This document shows, piece by piece, positions 40,185 through 49,952 of a stretch of 64,000 bases of DNA (position 1 is the stretch's first letter; every line of letters begins with the position of its first letter). Made by a program: the position numbers and the translations under genes. The stretch lies in contig CACJUN010000001.1 in assembly GCA_902596665.1 (NCBI GenBank), positions 131,680 through 195,679 on the forward strand, read 5' to 3'. This DNA is from an uncultured SAR86 cluster bacterium (GTDB taxonomy: Bacteria > Pseudomonadota > Gammaproteobacteria > Magnimaribacterales > AG-339-G14). A model generated the notes under the pieces. It saw nothing but the letters and a program-made list of their open reading frames with translations, searched no databases and was not told where the DNA came from.

Positions 40185-40209
40185 AAGAGGCTGCAACAGC
40201 AGCCTCTTT
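40184..40209. terminator. hairpin between convergent genes (probable bidirectional terminator)
   Basis: AAAGAGGCTGC-AACA-GCAGCCTCTTT. Confidence 0.8.
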
Positions 40210-40222
40210 GTAGAAAATAATA

Positions 40223-40684
40223 TTAGGCTTTTTCGCCGTTTATAACTTTCCCAGAATTTATCTCAATCTTCTTAGGTTTTTCTGATTCAGGAACAATCCT
40301 TTCCATGTTAATGGATAAAAGACCATTATTTAAATCAGCTCCTTTCACAAGAATCTCAGGAGATAAGGTGAATTGAAGCAGAAAAGATCTTGCTGCTATT
40401 CCTCTATGCACAACGTTACTTTTATCGTTTTTCTGATTATCGTGCTTGATGGATAAAACATTATCTTTAGTTTCTACTTCGATATCTTTATCACCAAGAC
40501 CAGCAACAGCAACTTCAATCGTGTACTCATTACCGTCCCTTCTTAGATTATAGGGAGGATAACTAGAAGACCTTGTCTCAGGTAATTCGCTGAAAGTTCT
40601 AAGTGAATCGAAAAGGTTTTCAAAACCCAACCATCTTGATGAAAAGAAAGGATCAGAAAGATCCAATAAACTTCTATTAGTCAT
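40223..40684 (-). CDS. ibpA: small heat-shock protein (Hsp20/IbpA)
   Basis: GFENLF, YPPYN, IEVAVAG, HRGIAARSF, GLLSI...PE..KPKKIEI. Confidence 0.9.
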   Translation of the reverse strand: MTNRSLLDLSDPFFSSRWLGFENLFDSLRTFSELPETRSSSYPPYNLRRDGNEYTIEVAVAGLGDKDIEVETKDNVLSIKHDNQKNDKSNVVHRGIAARSFLLQFTLSPEILVKGADLNNGLLSINMERIVPESEKPKKIEINSGKVINGEKA

Positions 40685-40690
40685 AATTTT

Positions 40691-40776
40691 ACTCCTTAAT
40701 AAAGCAAGTTAATTTCAAATGGCACCTCTAATAAGCGTGCCTCCAAAGGATAGATCCATAAAGCAATCTATCTCAA
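40691..40776 (-). promoter_or_regulatory. ROSE-like RNA thermometer in the sHsp 5' UTR
   Basis: Minus-strand ACUUGCUU pairs with AAGGAGU (SD) with a bulged G; two upstream hairpins. Confidence 0.7.
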
Positions 40777-40781
40777 TATTT

Positions 40782-40809
40782 ATATTGGGATTAAATAAGT
40801 AAATTCAAG
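40782..40809 (-). promoter_or_regulatory. sigma32 promoter
   Basis: CTTGAA-N14-CCCAATAT on the minus strand; the -35 overlaps the plsB stop. Confidence 0.7.
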
Positions 40810-43243
40810 AGTTATAGGAAGTTTGATTCAACTCCTCGCGCCAATCAGGCATTATGAATTTAGAGGCAGCAACTTGCATTTTTTTTGTAATTCTTGATGC
40901 GTAAATAAGTCCGTGTTCATCTTCTTTAACAAAGCGTTGCTCTATCAACTTTGATAAGAATTGCATAAAAGTCCATCTATCTGAAAATTCTGGCGCCATC
41001 CAGTCATACTTAGCTTGAAGATTCGTTGCTATTTCTTTACAAGATATTTCCAATTGATTCTTGGAAATATGCTCGCTTTGATTTTTCCATAGCTGCAACA
41101 TAAGAATATAAAACCTATCTATTGTTGGTTGGATCATTCTTCCCAGAGATTTTGTTTCCAAATAGTGAGGCGAATCAAAAGAAGGTCTCTTGTATAAATC
41201 TCTGTCATTAGACAATAATTTTAGTGCTACTAAAGCGTCTAACCGCTTATCAATTTCAAGTTTTAGCTCCTCGTTATTCCATTTTAAAAACAGCTCTCCC
41301 TTCAAATAAGGATAGAGCATTTCTATGATTTCTATAATTTCATTCTTCGAAACTTCTTCTCTTGCCTGAAAAATGCCGCAAATAAAAGACTCTAATGCCA
41401 GCAAATGGAGAATGGTATTTCTGTAGAAACTCATCATTGCTCCTTGTGCTTTATCTAATTTAACAAGAGACTTCTCACCATCCTCTAGCTTTGGAATTAG
41501 TTTTAACGCATTAACTTGTTCAAGTAATTTTTTGCTTGATTGATTAGGGAGGATTGTTTTATTGGAATATCGTGATGAATTCATTAGAGAAATATATAGA
41601 TCTATTCGACTCTCAAGTTTATCTTTTGGAAGACTATGATTATTTGAATTCAAAAGGGCTGCTGCAACCAGACTTGAAGAGGTTACTACAGTACTCTCGT
41701 TTATGTTCATCATGATTTTCTCACCTAATTTTGGCGTTGCATTAAATAGCCAAGCATTATCGTCAGAAGATAACCCATCTGTTTGCGAATTATTGTTTTC
41801 CCAGCCTGGGTTTTGAGCATCAAGGAAATCTTTTAAATCAATTGGATCTCCAAATTGCAAATAGGCATTACCTAGAAAACCTCTAAAATCACTGGCGACT
41901 CTGAAGATATCTGAAATTCTCTCTTTTCGTTTTTTCTCACCCATGAGTTCAGATAAATATGAATTTCCTTCAAGAACTTTCTCATAATTAATACTTACTG
42001 GTATAAATTTCACAGGTTTTTCGGTTCTGCTCTTAAATGATCTTATTAACATGGAAAGAAGGCCAGGTCTTGGTGGAAGCAACTTGCCTGATCTGCTTCT
42101 AGCACCTTCAGGAAAAAACTCGATTGAATTACCCCTGATTAAAAGTTTTTTTAGGTGTTCAAAAAATACAATCGAATAAAGTCTATTTTCACTAAAAGAT
42201 CTTCTCATGAAGAAAGCACCGCCGTTTCTGAGAATTCGGCCAAGAATAGGTAAATTTAAATTTATACCAGCCGCTATTTGAGGCAGCATTAAGTCATTTT
42301 TATAAAGGATGTAAGAAAGTGCTAGATAATCAACATGACTTCTATGACAGGGAGTAAAAATTAAGGAATTATCAACAGCAAGATTTTTTACTTTTTCTAA
42401 CCCTATAAACTTAAGCTCCTCATATCTATTGTTCCAAAACCAGGATAAAGCAGCATCGTATAATGAACCTACCACCGTATAGGACACGTCTGAGCAAATC
42501 TCTTCTGCATATTTTATTGCTCTTCTATTGAGAAGCATGGCTTTCCTCTTATTGCTTCCAGCCTCAGATTCAATGTATTTATTAATTTCTTTTGAATTCA
42601 CTAAAGTTTTAATCCAATTTCTTCTGTGAGAAACATCCAACCCGAGAATAGCTTGTTTATTTTTTCTGAAACGACCTCGCAACAACCTTTCTGTCTTAAG
42701 AAGAATTTTTTCTGGAGATTCTCTATCTTCGAAAATATCTTCCATCTCTAACGCATTTAAAAATCTAACTTTTACTTGCCTGCCGTTGATAAGTAACCGA
42801 AGGTATCTTTTAATAATTGATGTTCCTTCCCAAGATTCAGAAAATAATTTTTTCATAAGACTATCTTGGCTTTCTGCACCTTTTCCCCAGTAAACATCTA
42901 CCGGAATTATTTTTAATTTTTTAGAAATATCTGGATATCTGCTTATTTCATAAAGATCATCAGAGTGTTTTCTTTTTGATCTGGCCCAGGGAAGAAGTTG
43001 TTTAGGTTCCCTCAATTGAAAATAGTTTCTATTGATTGGAGAAATTGCTCTTCTATTACTGGGCCTTATAAAGCCCATTTTTTTGCAGATCTTATCTACT
43101 GCCGCAAGATTCGTAGAAGAGTCGTTAGATAGAGCAAAAATAAACTCGCCCTTGAGTAATTCAGGGATATTGTCATTTTCAAATTCAGCTTCAGCGCGAA
43201 TGAATGCCTTAAGAAATCCGTTAAAGATGTTAATATTCGCCAT
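40805..43243 (-). CDS. plsB: glycerol-3-phosphate 1-O-acyltransferase
   Basis: PCHRSHVDY, AAGINL, GAFFMRR, FFPEGARSRSG, YEKVLEG. Confidence 0.93.
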   Translation of the reverse strand: MANINIFNGFLKAFIRAEAEFENDNIPELLKGEFIFALSNDSSTNLAAVDKICKKMGFIRPSNRRAISPINRNYFQLREPKQLLPWARSKRKHSDDLYEISRYPDISKKLKIIPVDVYWGKGAESQDSLMKKLFSESWEGTSIIKRYLRLLINGRQVKVRFLNALEMEDIFEDRESPEKILLKTERLLRGRFRKNKQAILGLDVSHRRNWIKTLVNSKEINKYIESEAGSNKRKAMLLNRRAIKYAEEICSDVSYTVVGSLYDAALSWFWNNRYEELKFIGLEKVKNLAVDNSLIFTPCHRSHVDYLALSYILYKNDLMLPQIAAGINLNLPILGRILRNGGAFFMRRSFSENRLYSIVFFEHLKKLLIRGNSIEFFPEGARSRSGKLLPPRPGLLSMLIRSFKSRTEKPVKFIPVSINYEKVLEGNSYLSELMGEKKRKERISDIFRVASDFRGFLGNAYLQFGDPIDLKDFLDAQNPGWENNNSQTDGLSSDDNAWLFNATPKLGEKIMMNINESTVVTSSSLVAAALLNSNNHSLPKDKLESRIDLYISLMNSSRYSNKTILPNQSSKKLLEQVNALKLIPKLEDGEKSLVKLDKAQGAMMSFYRNTILHLLALESFICGIFQAREEVSKNEIIEIIEMLYPYLKGELFLKWNNEELKLEIDKRLDALVALKLLSNDRDLYKRPSFDSPHYLETKSLGRMIQPTIDRFYILMLQLWKNQSEHISKNQLEISCKEIATNLQAKYDWMAPEFSDRWTFMQFLSKLIEQRFVKEDEHGLIYASRITKKMQVAASKFIMPDWREELNQTSYNS

Positions 43244-43296
43244 TAGATTGAATCCGCTAAGTAAATTTCAGATTTCGAATGAATTTTACATGATTT

Positions 43297-43382
43297 GCCG
43301 GAGTGGCGGAATTGGTAGACGCGCTCGATTCAAAATCGAGTGCCCACAAGGCGTGAGAGTTCGAGTCTCTCCTCCGGCACCA
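43297..43382 (+). tRNA. tRNA-Leu(CAA)
   Basis: GCCGGAG/CTCCGGC acceptor, CTCGA-TTCAAAA-TCGAG anticodon arm, long variable arm, GTTCGAG T-loop, encoded CCA. Confidence 0.96.
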
Positions 43383-43395
43383 AAAGTGAGGAATT

Positions 43396-43716
43396 ATGAA
43401 AGAAGTAGAAATTTTAACTGCCCAAACATCAGGTTTTTTTGGAACGCAACTCATAATGATTTTTGGGTTTATATTGTTGCTCTATTTTTTGCTCATCAGA
43501 CCACAAAATAAAAGACTCAAGGCTCATCAAGAGTTAGTAAAGAACTTAGAAATTGGAGACGAAGTCATCACCTCCGGGGGCATAGTATGCACTTTAGTTA
43601 AACTTTCAGATGCTTATGTGACTGCCAGAACTGGAAATAATCAAGAAATAGTTTTACAACGTCAGCAGATCAACAGCGTTCTTCCAAAAGGAACCGTAAA
43701 ATCTTTATTTGAATAA
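43396..43716 (+). CDS. yajC: preprotein translocase subunit YajC
   Basis: YFLLIRPQNKR, GDEVITSGGI, VLPKGT. Confidence 0.93.
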   Translation: MKEVEILTAQTSGFFGTQLIMIFGFILLLYFLLIRPQNKRLKAHQELVKNLEIGDEVITSGGIVCTLVKLSDAYVTARTGNNQEIVLQRQQINSVLPKGTVKSLFE

Positions 43717-43718
43717 AA

Positions 43719-45548
43719 TTGAATAATTTCTCTTTGTGGAAATACATCCTTGTTTTGGGTGTGTTCTTATTTGGAATTATTTACGCTTTGCCAAATCTGA
43801 GCCCGCCAGATCCAGCTGTTCAAGTTTCCCTTCAAAGTGCAGGTGACTCTTTTGATAGTCGCCTAGTTCAGTCTGTTAGAAATATAGTCAGAAAAGAAGG
43901 CATCTTAGACGAAAATATCGAGGTAAATCAGAAATCATTACTTATAAGAACAGATTCATACGAAGAACAAATCAAATTAAAGGATGAATTGCGACGTGAA
44001 TTAGGGCCAGATTATGTTGTTGCTCTAAATTTAGCTTACTCAACGCCCGATTGGCTCCAAAATCTTAATGCTTCTCCTTTAAAACTTGGTTTAGATTTAA
44101 GAGGAGGAATCTACTTTTTATTAGAGGTAGATACTGACTCACTTATCGAAACAAGGCTTGAGGCTAACGCAGAAGATTTTAAAAGAAGGCTCAGAGAGGA
44201 ATCTTTAAACTTTAGATCCATAGAAAGCGACAAAGAATCAGTTACTTTTCTTTTTGCGACTGACGAAGATAAATCAGACTCTTTGTCATTCCTAAGAGGC
44301 TTTTTAACAGATTTTGAAATCATCGAAGAATTTGAATCATTTAAAATAAAATTTTCTAGAGAAGGCATTACATCAATACAAGATTATGCAGTTCAGCAAA
44401 ATTTAACTACTCTCAGAAATAGAGTTAATGAGTTAGGCGTATCTGAACCTGTGGTTCAAAGAGAAGGGGCCAAAAGAATTTCTGTTCAGTTACCTGGAAT
44501 ACAAGATACTGCTGAGGCTAAAAAAATAATTGGTAAAACTGCTAATTTAGAATTCAGACTCGAAGCAAATAATCGAACGCTGAGATCAAGAAAAGAACCT
44601 TTTGATTTCAGGGGAGTTAGCGTTGATCTTGAGAAAAATATTATCATTTCTGGAGACAAGGTAGCTGATGCAAATGTTGGATATGATGAAAGCGGATTTC
44701 CACAAGTTAACATTACTTTAGATGGAGAGGGCGGAGCCAAAATGCATAGGTCGACAAGAAATAATGTCGGCAGAAAAATGGCTGTTCTTTTCATAGAAAG
44801 AAAGTCAGCAGCCAAAGAAGTTGTTCTGCCTGACGGAACTTTAGATTTGATCATTGAACCAGTAATCACTAAGAGGGTTATAAGTCTGGCAACAATTCAA
44901 TCTGCACTGCCTAACAGATTCAGGATCACTGGACTTGATTCACCTAATGAGGCATCCGAATTAGCATTATTGCTGCGTGCAGGTGCTTTAGCAGCTCCAA
45001 TGGAGTTTGTTGAGGAAAGCACAGTAGGCCCAAGTCTCGGAGCTGAAAATATTCGATTGGGAATTCAGTCTTTAATCCTAGGGCTCTTTTTAGTTCTGAT
45101 ATTCATGGTGGTTTATTACAAAATCTTTGGCCTATTTGCCAACATAGCAGTAATTTTTAACCTAATTCTCATTACAGCAATCATGTCAATTTTATCCGCC
45201 ACTCTGACCTTGCCGGGTATTGCAGGAATTGTTTTAACCGTTGGTATGGCTGTCGATGCCAACGTTTTAATTTTCTCAAGGATTCGAGAAGAACTTAAAA
45301 ATAACTCACGAGCTACAGATGCAATTATTGCTGGCTACGACAGAGCTTTTGTTACCATTCTTGATGCAAATATTACTACTTTAATTGTTGCTGTTATTCT
45401 CTATGCTATAGGCACAGGTCCTATAAAAGGCTTTGCTATCACTTTAAGTATTGGAATAGTTACCTCGATGTTCACATCAATTTTAGGAACCAGAGCGATG
45501 GTTTCATTGATATATCGAAAAAATAACGTAAGGAGGCTTTGGATCTAA
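43719..45548 (+). CDS. secD: protein translocase subunit SecD
   Basis: LKLGLDLRGG, RNRVNELGVSEP, VQLPG, VGPSLG, GMAVDANVLI. Confidence 0.97.
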   Translation: MNNFSLWKYILVLGVFLFGIIYALPNLSPPDPAVQVSLQSAGDSFDSRLVQSVRNIVRKEGILDENIEVNQKSLLIRTDSYEEQIKLKDELRRELGPDYVVALNLAYSTPDWLQNLNASPLKLGLDLRGGIYFLLEVDTDSLIETRLEANAEDFKRRLREESLNFRSIESDKESVTFLFATDEDKSDSLSFLRGFLTDFEIIEEFESFKIKFSREGITSIQDYAVQQNLTTLRNRVNELGVSEPVVQREGAKRISVQLPGIQDTAEAKKIIGKTANLEFRLEANNRTLRSRKEPFDFRGVSVDLEKNIIISGDKVADANVGYDESGFPQVNITLDGEGGAKMHRSTRNNVGRKMAVLFIERKSAAKEVVLPDGTLDLIIEPVITKRVISLATIQSALPNRFRITGLDSPNEASELALLLRAGALAAPMEFVEESTVGPSLGAENIRLGIQSLILGLFLVLIFMVVYYKIFGLFANIAVIFNLILITAIMSILSATLTLPGIAGIVLTVGMAVDANVLIFSRIREELKNNSRATDAIIAGYDRAFVTILDANITTLIVAVILYAIGTGPIKGFAITLSIGIVTSMFTSILGTRAMVSLIYRKNNVRRLWI

Positions 45549-46450
45549 TGAACTTTAATCTAGATTTTCTAAGATTCAGATTCATTGCACTGATTGCATC
45601 GGTTTCTTTTATTTTGGTATCTCTTGCTACGATTTCTATTCAACAACTGCAACTAGGTTTGGATTTCACCGGAGGAACGCTTGTAGAAGTAGGATTCTCT
45701 GAAGCTGTTGATCCAGAGGAGATTAGAACTTATCTTGAAGGGAAACAAATAGATGCACTAGTTCAAGCTTTTGGTTCTGATAAAGACTTACTAATTAAAA
45801 TTCCGAGTTCAGAGAATATTGAAAATGCGAATATTGTCATTGATTCTTTGCAGCAGCAATATTCATTTCAATTAAGAAGATCAGGCTTTGTTGGCCCCCA
45901 AGTTGGAGGTGAATTAAGAGATCAGGGAGGCCTGGGTCTTTTAGCAGCTCTTTTAGTAATGATGATATACATCATGTTTAGGTTTCAATATAAATTTGCA
46001 ATTGGAGCTGTAGTTGCCCTTTTTCATGATGTGTTGATCGTTTTGGGTATATTCTCGATACTTAGATTGGAATTTGATCTTTCAGTCTTAGCAGCACTGA
46101 TGGCGGTTATTGGATATTCTTTAAACGATACAATTGTCGTATCAGACAGGATTAGAGAAAATTTTAGAGCCAAGAGAAAGCTAAATAGCGAACAAGTCAT
46201 TAATAGATCTCTCAACAATACTTTAGGTAGAACTTTAATCACCTCACTGACAACTTTATTGGTTCTTTTTTCATTGTTATTTTTAGGCGGAGAGATTATT
46301 AGAAATTTTGCAATCGCCTTATCGATTGGAGTGGTTGTTGGAACATATTCTTCTATTTATGTCCTAACAAATGTTTTGCTATCAATGAACATTACTGCTG
46401 ATGATCTTGCAGAAAGAACTAAAGACAGTTTTGACGATGGAATGCCTTAA
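45548..46450 (+). CDS. secF: protein translocase subunit SecF
   Basis: LGLDFTGG, VGPQVG, HDVLI, GYSLNDTIVVSDRIRE, GTYSSIY. Confidence 0.97.
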   Translation: MNFNLDFLRFRFIALIASVSFILVSLATISIQQLQLGLDFTGGTLVEVGFSEAVDPEEIRTYLEGKQIDALVQAFGSDKDLLIKIPSSENIENANIVIDSLQQQYSFQLRRSGFVGPQVGGELRDQGGLGLLAALLVMMIYIMFRFQYKFAIGAVVALFHDVLIVLGIFSILRLEFDLSVLAALMAVIGYSLNDTIVVSDRIRENFRAKRKLNSEQVINRSLNNTLGRTLITSLTTLLVLFSLLFLGGEIIRNFAIALSIGVVVGTYSSIYVLTNVLLSMNITADDLAERTKDSFDDGMP

Positions 46451-47238
46451 GAGGTTGCGTCTCTGAGAGCCTTAATCATTTGAGGCATGCATTTAGGACT
46501 GCAGGCAATTAAATGATGGCTATCATAGGGATCAGGGTTTCCCAAAAGATCACTGACAAGTCCACCTGCTTCTTTGACTAGCAATATTCCAGCAGCAACA
46601 TCCCACTGCTTCAAACCATAACCCCAAAAACCATCTAGATACCCAGCTGCTACGTAAGCAAGGTCGAGAGCTGTAGATCCAGTTCGCCTGATAGTTAAAC
46701 CGTTTGAATATAAATTCCTCATAGCCATCAATTGATCCAATTTAGGCTCATTATCTTCGTCTAAATGAGATGACGAAGAGAGAAGGGATCCTCTTAAGCT
46801 TTTAATTTTACTTACCCTTATTCTTGTTTGATTGAGATAAGCTCCTTTGCCTTTACTAGCAGTGAACTCATCATTTCTAGAAACATCTACGATAATTGCA
46901 TGTTCAGGTTTTCCATTTATATAGCAAGCGATAGAAATAGAAAAATACGGAAATCCATGAATGAAGTTTGTGGTTCCATCAAGCGGATCAATTATCCACT
47001 TACACTCAGCCTTAGGATTTCCAACAAACCCCAGTTCTTCGCCCTGAAAAGAATGATCAGGGAAAGATTCCCTTATTGTATCCACAAGTATTGTTTCAAC
47101 TTTCTTATCGACTTGAGTTACAAAATCAACTGGAGCTTTCTCGGATATAGTCAGCTTTTCTCTTCTTTTATAAAAGTAGTGAATTTCCTTAGCAGCTAGA
47201 CGGGCAGCTTTGATTGCGATGTTTACTTTTGGCTCCAT
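46447..47238 (-). CDS. suhB: inositol monophosphatase family SuhB
   Basis: DFVTQVD, WIIDPLDGTTNFIHG, RRTGS, WDVAAG. Confidence 0.92.
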   Translation of the reverse strand: MEPKVNIAIKAARLAAKEIHYFYKRREKLTISEKAPVDFVTQVDKKVETILVDTIRESFPDHSFQGEELGFVGNPKAECKWIIDPLDGTTNFIHGFPYFSISIACYINGKPEHAIIVDVSRNDEFTASKGKGAYLNQTRIRVSKIKSLRGSLLSSSSHLDEDNEPKLDQLMAMRNLYSNGLTIRRTGSTALDLAYVAAGYLDGFWGYGLKQWDVAAGILLVKEAGGLVSDLLGNPDPYDSHHLIACSPKCMPQMIKALRDATS

Positions 47239-47294
47239 AAGGGATGCTAGTGTAACAGACGATGATGAATCATAATTAGATCGGAAGATTTATT

Positions 47295-48020
47295 ATGAAA
47301 ATATTTCAAAATTTAAATTTTGTTCTTGTAGAAACATCTCATCCTGGAAACATAGGAGCATGTGCTCGAGCAATGAACTCGATGGGTATCTGTAACTTAT
47401 CTCTAGTAAATCCGAAAGAGTTTCCAAGTAAAGAATCTGAGGCAAGAGCCAAATCAGGAAGAAAAGTTTTAGATCAAGCGAACATTCATGACAATTTAAA
47501 TGAGGCCATAAATACATCTAACTTAGTAATTGGAACAAGTGCACGATCACGTTCCATGCCATGGCCAATGATGGAGATAAATAACTTGGGAAAAGTCATC
47601 AATGAATCTTTAGTCAGAAAAGAAAAAGTTTCGATAGTTTTTGGTAATGAAGCTGTTGGTCTAGACAATGAAGATCTTGGAAAATGTGATTTTCATTTGC
47701 AGATTCCCACCTCAGAAGATAGTTCATTGAATTTATCTCATGCAGTTCAGATAGTTGCTCATGAAATTTATAAAGGATCATCTTCATCAGATCTTTCTAC
47801 CCAAACTAGAGAAGTTGAATTAGCTTCAAGTCAGCAAAAAGAAAAATTAATCGAACACATTGAATTAGTTTTAGAGCTGTTAGATTTTTATGATCATCAA
47901 AACCCTAAACAAGTGCCTGCTCGATTAAGAAGATTGATAAAAAGAATGCAGCTCGACAAACTTGAAATAGGAATACTGAGGGGCATTTTATCTAATTTAG
48001 AAGAACGTCTTAACAAATAA
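47295..48020 (+). CDS. trmJ: tRNA/rRNA 2'-O-methyltransferase TrmJ
   Basis: LVETSHPGNIGACARAM, GTSARSR, FGNE..GL.NE, SLNLSHAVQ. Confidence 0.9.
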   Translation: MKIFQNLNFVLVETSHPGNIGACARAMNSMGICNLSLVNPKEFPSKESEARAKSGRKVLDQANIHDNLNEAINTSNLVIGTSARSRSMPWPMMEINNLGKVINESLVRKEKVSIVFGNEAVGLDNEDLGKCDFHLQIPTSEDSSLNLSHAVQIVAHEIYKGSSSSDLSTQTREVELASSQQKEKLIEHIELVLELLDFYDHQNPKQVPARLRRLIKRMQLDKLEIGILRGILSNLEERLNK

Positions 48021-48052
48021 ACTAGTCATGTTAAAATCGCTTCTCCTGAATT

Positions 48053-48127
48053 GTCCCCTTCGTCTAGTGGTTAGGACACCGGGTTTTCATCTCGGCAACA
48101 GGGGTTCGAATCCCCTAGGGGACGCCA
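48053..48127 (+). tRNA. tRNA-Glu(TTC)
   Basis: GTCCCCT/AGGGGAC acceptor, CCGGG-TTTTCAT-CTCGG anticodon arm, GTTCGAATC, CCA. Confidence 0.96.
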
Positions 48128-48137
48128 CTAAAAGACA

Positions 48138-48227
48138 TGCTCAATTTTGATGCATATCTACTTTTTAAGTTAAAAAATTTCAAAAATCCAAAAAAAACTT
48201 AGTTTTTCTTTGCACTAAATTAGTTCA
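48138..48227. promoter_or_regulatory. two NtrC-like 17-bp boxes upstream of glnK
   Basis: TGCTCAATTTTGATGCA (48138-54) and TGCACTAAATTAGTTCA (48211-27), versus TGCACCA-N3-TGGTGCA. Confidence 0.55.
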
Positions 48228-48278
48228 ATTTGATCTATGTAAATCCTTAACATTATTACAACTTAGTTGTTGAGCTCT

Positions 48279-48617
48279 ATGAAGTTACTCACTTTAATTG
48301 TAAAACCGTCAAAGACTGAATTAGTCAAGGAAGCATTAGATGCATCTGGTATTGGTGGGGCAACAATTCTTGATGCTTCAGGTTATGGGTCACAAAGGGG
48401 TCAATCTGAAACTTACAGAGGAACTGAATATCGCATCGATACCAATCCCAAAGTAATGTTTCAAGTTGCCTGTGATGATGACGATACATCTTCAATCATC
48501 GAAGCAGTTAAAAATGCTGCAGGCACAGGAAAGATAGGCGACGGGAAAATTTTCATTACTGAATTAACTGATGTAGTGAGAATTAGAACAGGTGAGACAG
48601 GCTCAAAAGCTATTTAA
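48279..48617 (+). CDS. glnK: P-II nitrogen regulatory protein
   Basis: GYGSQRG, YRGTEY (Tyr51), TGKIGDGKIF, VRIRTGE; upstream of amtB; ATG 48279 gives 112 aa. Confidence 0.93.
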   Translation: MKLLTLIVKPSKTELVKEALDASGIGGATILDASGYGSQRGQSETYRGTEYRIDTNPKVMFQVACDDDDTSSIIEAVKNAAGTGKIGDGKIFITELTDVVRIRTGETGSKAI

Positions 48618-48633
48618 TTTTTAGGAGTATTAA

Positions 48634-49869
48634 ATGGATGAAATAAAATTTGCGGTAGATACCTTTTACGCAATTATGGCTGGTGCCTTAGTTATGTGGA
48701 TGGCTGCTGGTTTCACAATGTTGGAAGCTGGATTGGTTCAAAAGAAAGACGTATCAGAAATCGTAACAAAAAATTTAGGTTTATATTCAATTGCTTGCAT
48801 CATGTATCTAGCATGCGGATTTATTTTAATGTATCCCGGATCCTCATTAATAGATGGAGTTATCCCAGGTATTGGATCTTCATGGGGTCTATCAACAGCT
48901 CTTCCAATAGAAGAAATTGGAATGGAATACGGAATGGACTATTCTCAACAAGCTGACTTCTTTTTCCAAGTAGTCTTTGTTGCGACAGCTATGTCAATTG
49001 TTTCAGGAGCAGTAGCTGGAAGAATGAAACTTTTACCATTCTTCTTGTTCGCAGTTATCCTTACTGGTTTCATTTATCCTATTCAAGGTTACTGGAATTG
49101 GGGTGGTGGTTTCTTGAGTTCTGGTGGTTATTCAGACTACGCTGGTTCAGGAACAGTTCACTTATGTGGAGCAGCTGCAGCTTTAGCTTTAGTAACAGTC
49201 CTCGGTCCTCGAAACGGAAAGTACGGCATGGATGGTTCAGTGAATGCTATGCCAGGTTCAAACATTCCGATCGCCGCATTAGGAGCATGGATACTTTGGT
49301 TGGGTTGGTTTGGATTCAACGGTGGATCTGAGTTAATTATTAGTGACGAAGCAAGCGCTATAGCAGTGAGCCAAGTATTCATGAATACAAACATGGCCGC
49401 AGCAGGCGGTGTAGTTGCTGCATTACTCACAAGTCTTTTTGCGACTGGCAAAATGGATGTCACAATGGCCATCAATGGTGCCATTGCTGGTTTGGTAGCC
49501 ATTACTGCTGGTCCAAGTGCACCTTCAGGTGGTGAGGCAGTTATCATCGGTGCTATCGGTGGTGTAATAGTCTATTTCTCAATTTTATTCTTCGAGAAAC
49601 GCTTAAAAATAGATGATCCAGTCGGAGCTATATCTGCTCACGGTATAGTAGGTATTTACGGAGTAATGGTTGTTCCATTTACTTCAGATGCCTCATTCTT
49701 ATGGCAGCTCTACGGTGTTGTTGCTATCGCAGGATTCACTTATGTTGCTAGTTTAATAGCTATCTACGTCATCAATATGTTCTTATCAATAAGGGCTACT
49801 GATGAAGAACAAGCGGCAGGTCTTGATTCCACTGAAATTGGAGTAGAGGCTTACCCAGAGTTCGACTAA
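48634..49869 (+). CDS. amtB: ammonium transporter
   Basis: WMAAGFTMLEAG, DYAGSGTVH, GWFGFNGGS, IDDPVGAISAHG. Confidence 0.96.
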   Translation: MDEIKFAVDTFYAIMAGALVMWMAAGFTMLEAGLVQKKDVSEIVTKNLGLYSIACIMYLACGFILMYPGSSLIDGVIPGIGSSWGLSTALPIEEIGMEYGMDYSQQADFFFQVVFVATAMSIVSGAVAGRMKLLPFFLFAVILTGFIYPIQGYWNWGGGFLSSGGYSDYAGSGTVHLCGAAAALALVTVLGPRNGKYGMDGSVNAMPGSNIPIAALGAWILWLGWFGFNGGSELIISDEASAIAVSQVFMNTNMAAAGGVVAALLTSLFATGKMDVTMAINGAIAGLVAITAGPSAPSGGEAVIIGAIGGVIVYFSILFFEKRLKIDDPVGAISAHGIVGIYGVMVVPFTSDASFLWQLYGVVAIAGFTYVASLIAIYVINMFLSIRATDEEQAAGLDSTEIGVEAYPEFD

Positions 49870-49886
49870 GTTTATTTTCCTCCCGT

Positions 49887-49917
49887 AAACAGGCGAGATT
49901 TTATCTCGCCTGTTTTT
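49887..49917 (+). terminator. intrinsic terminator after amtB
   Basis: AAACAGGCGAGAT-TTT-ATCTCGCCTGTTTTT. Confidence 0.9.
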
Positions 49918-49936
49918 ATTTGTTTTTTAAAAAAAA

Positions 49937-49945
49937 TGGTATAAT
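49937..49945 (+). promoter_or_regulatory. extended -10 sigma70 promoter
   Basis: TGgTATAAT ends 7 nt before the riboswitch 5' end. Confidence 0.7.
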
Positions 49946-49952
49946 TGATTTA

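Noticed and set aside
43032-43511. ORFs 43032-43511 (+) and 43257-43454 (-)
   Set aside because: They overlap plsB, tRNA-Leu and yajC; shadow frames created by the GC-rich tRNA.
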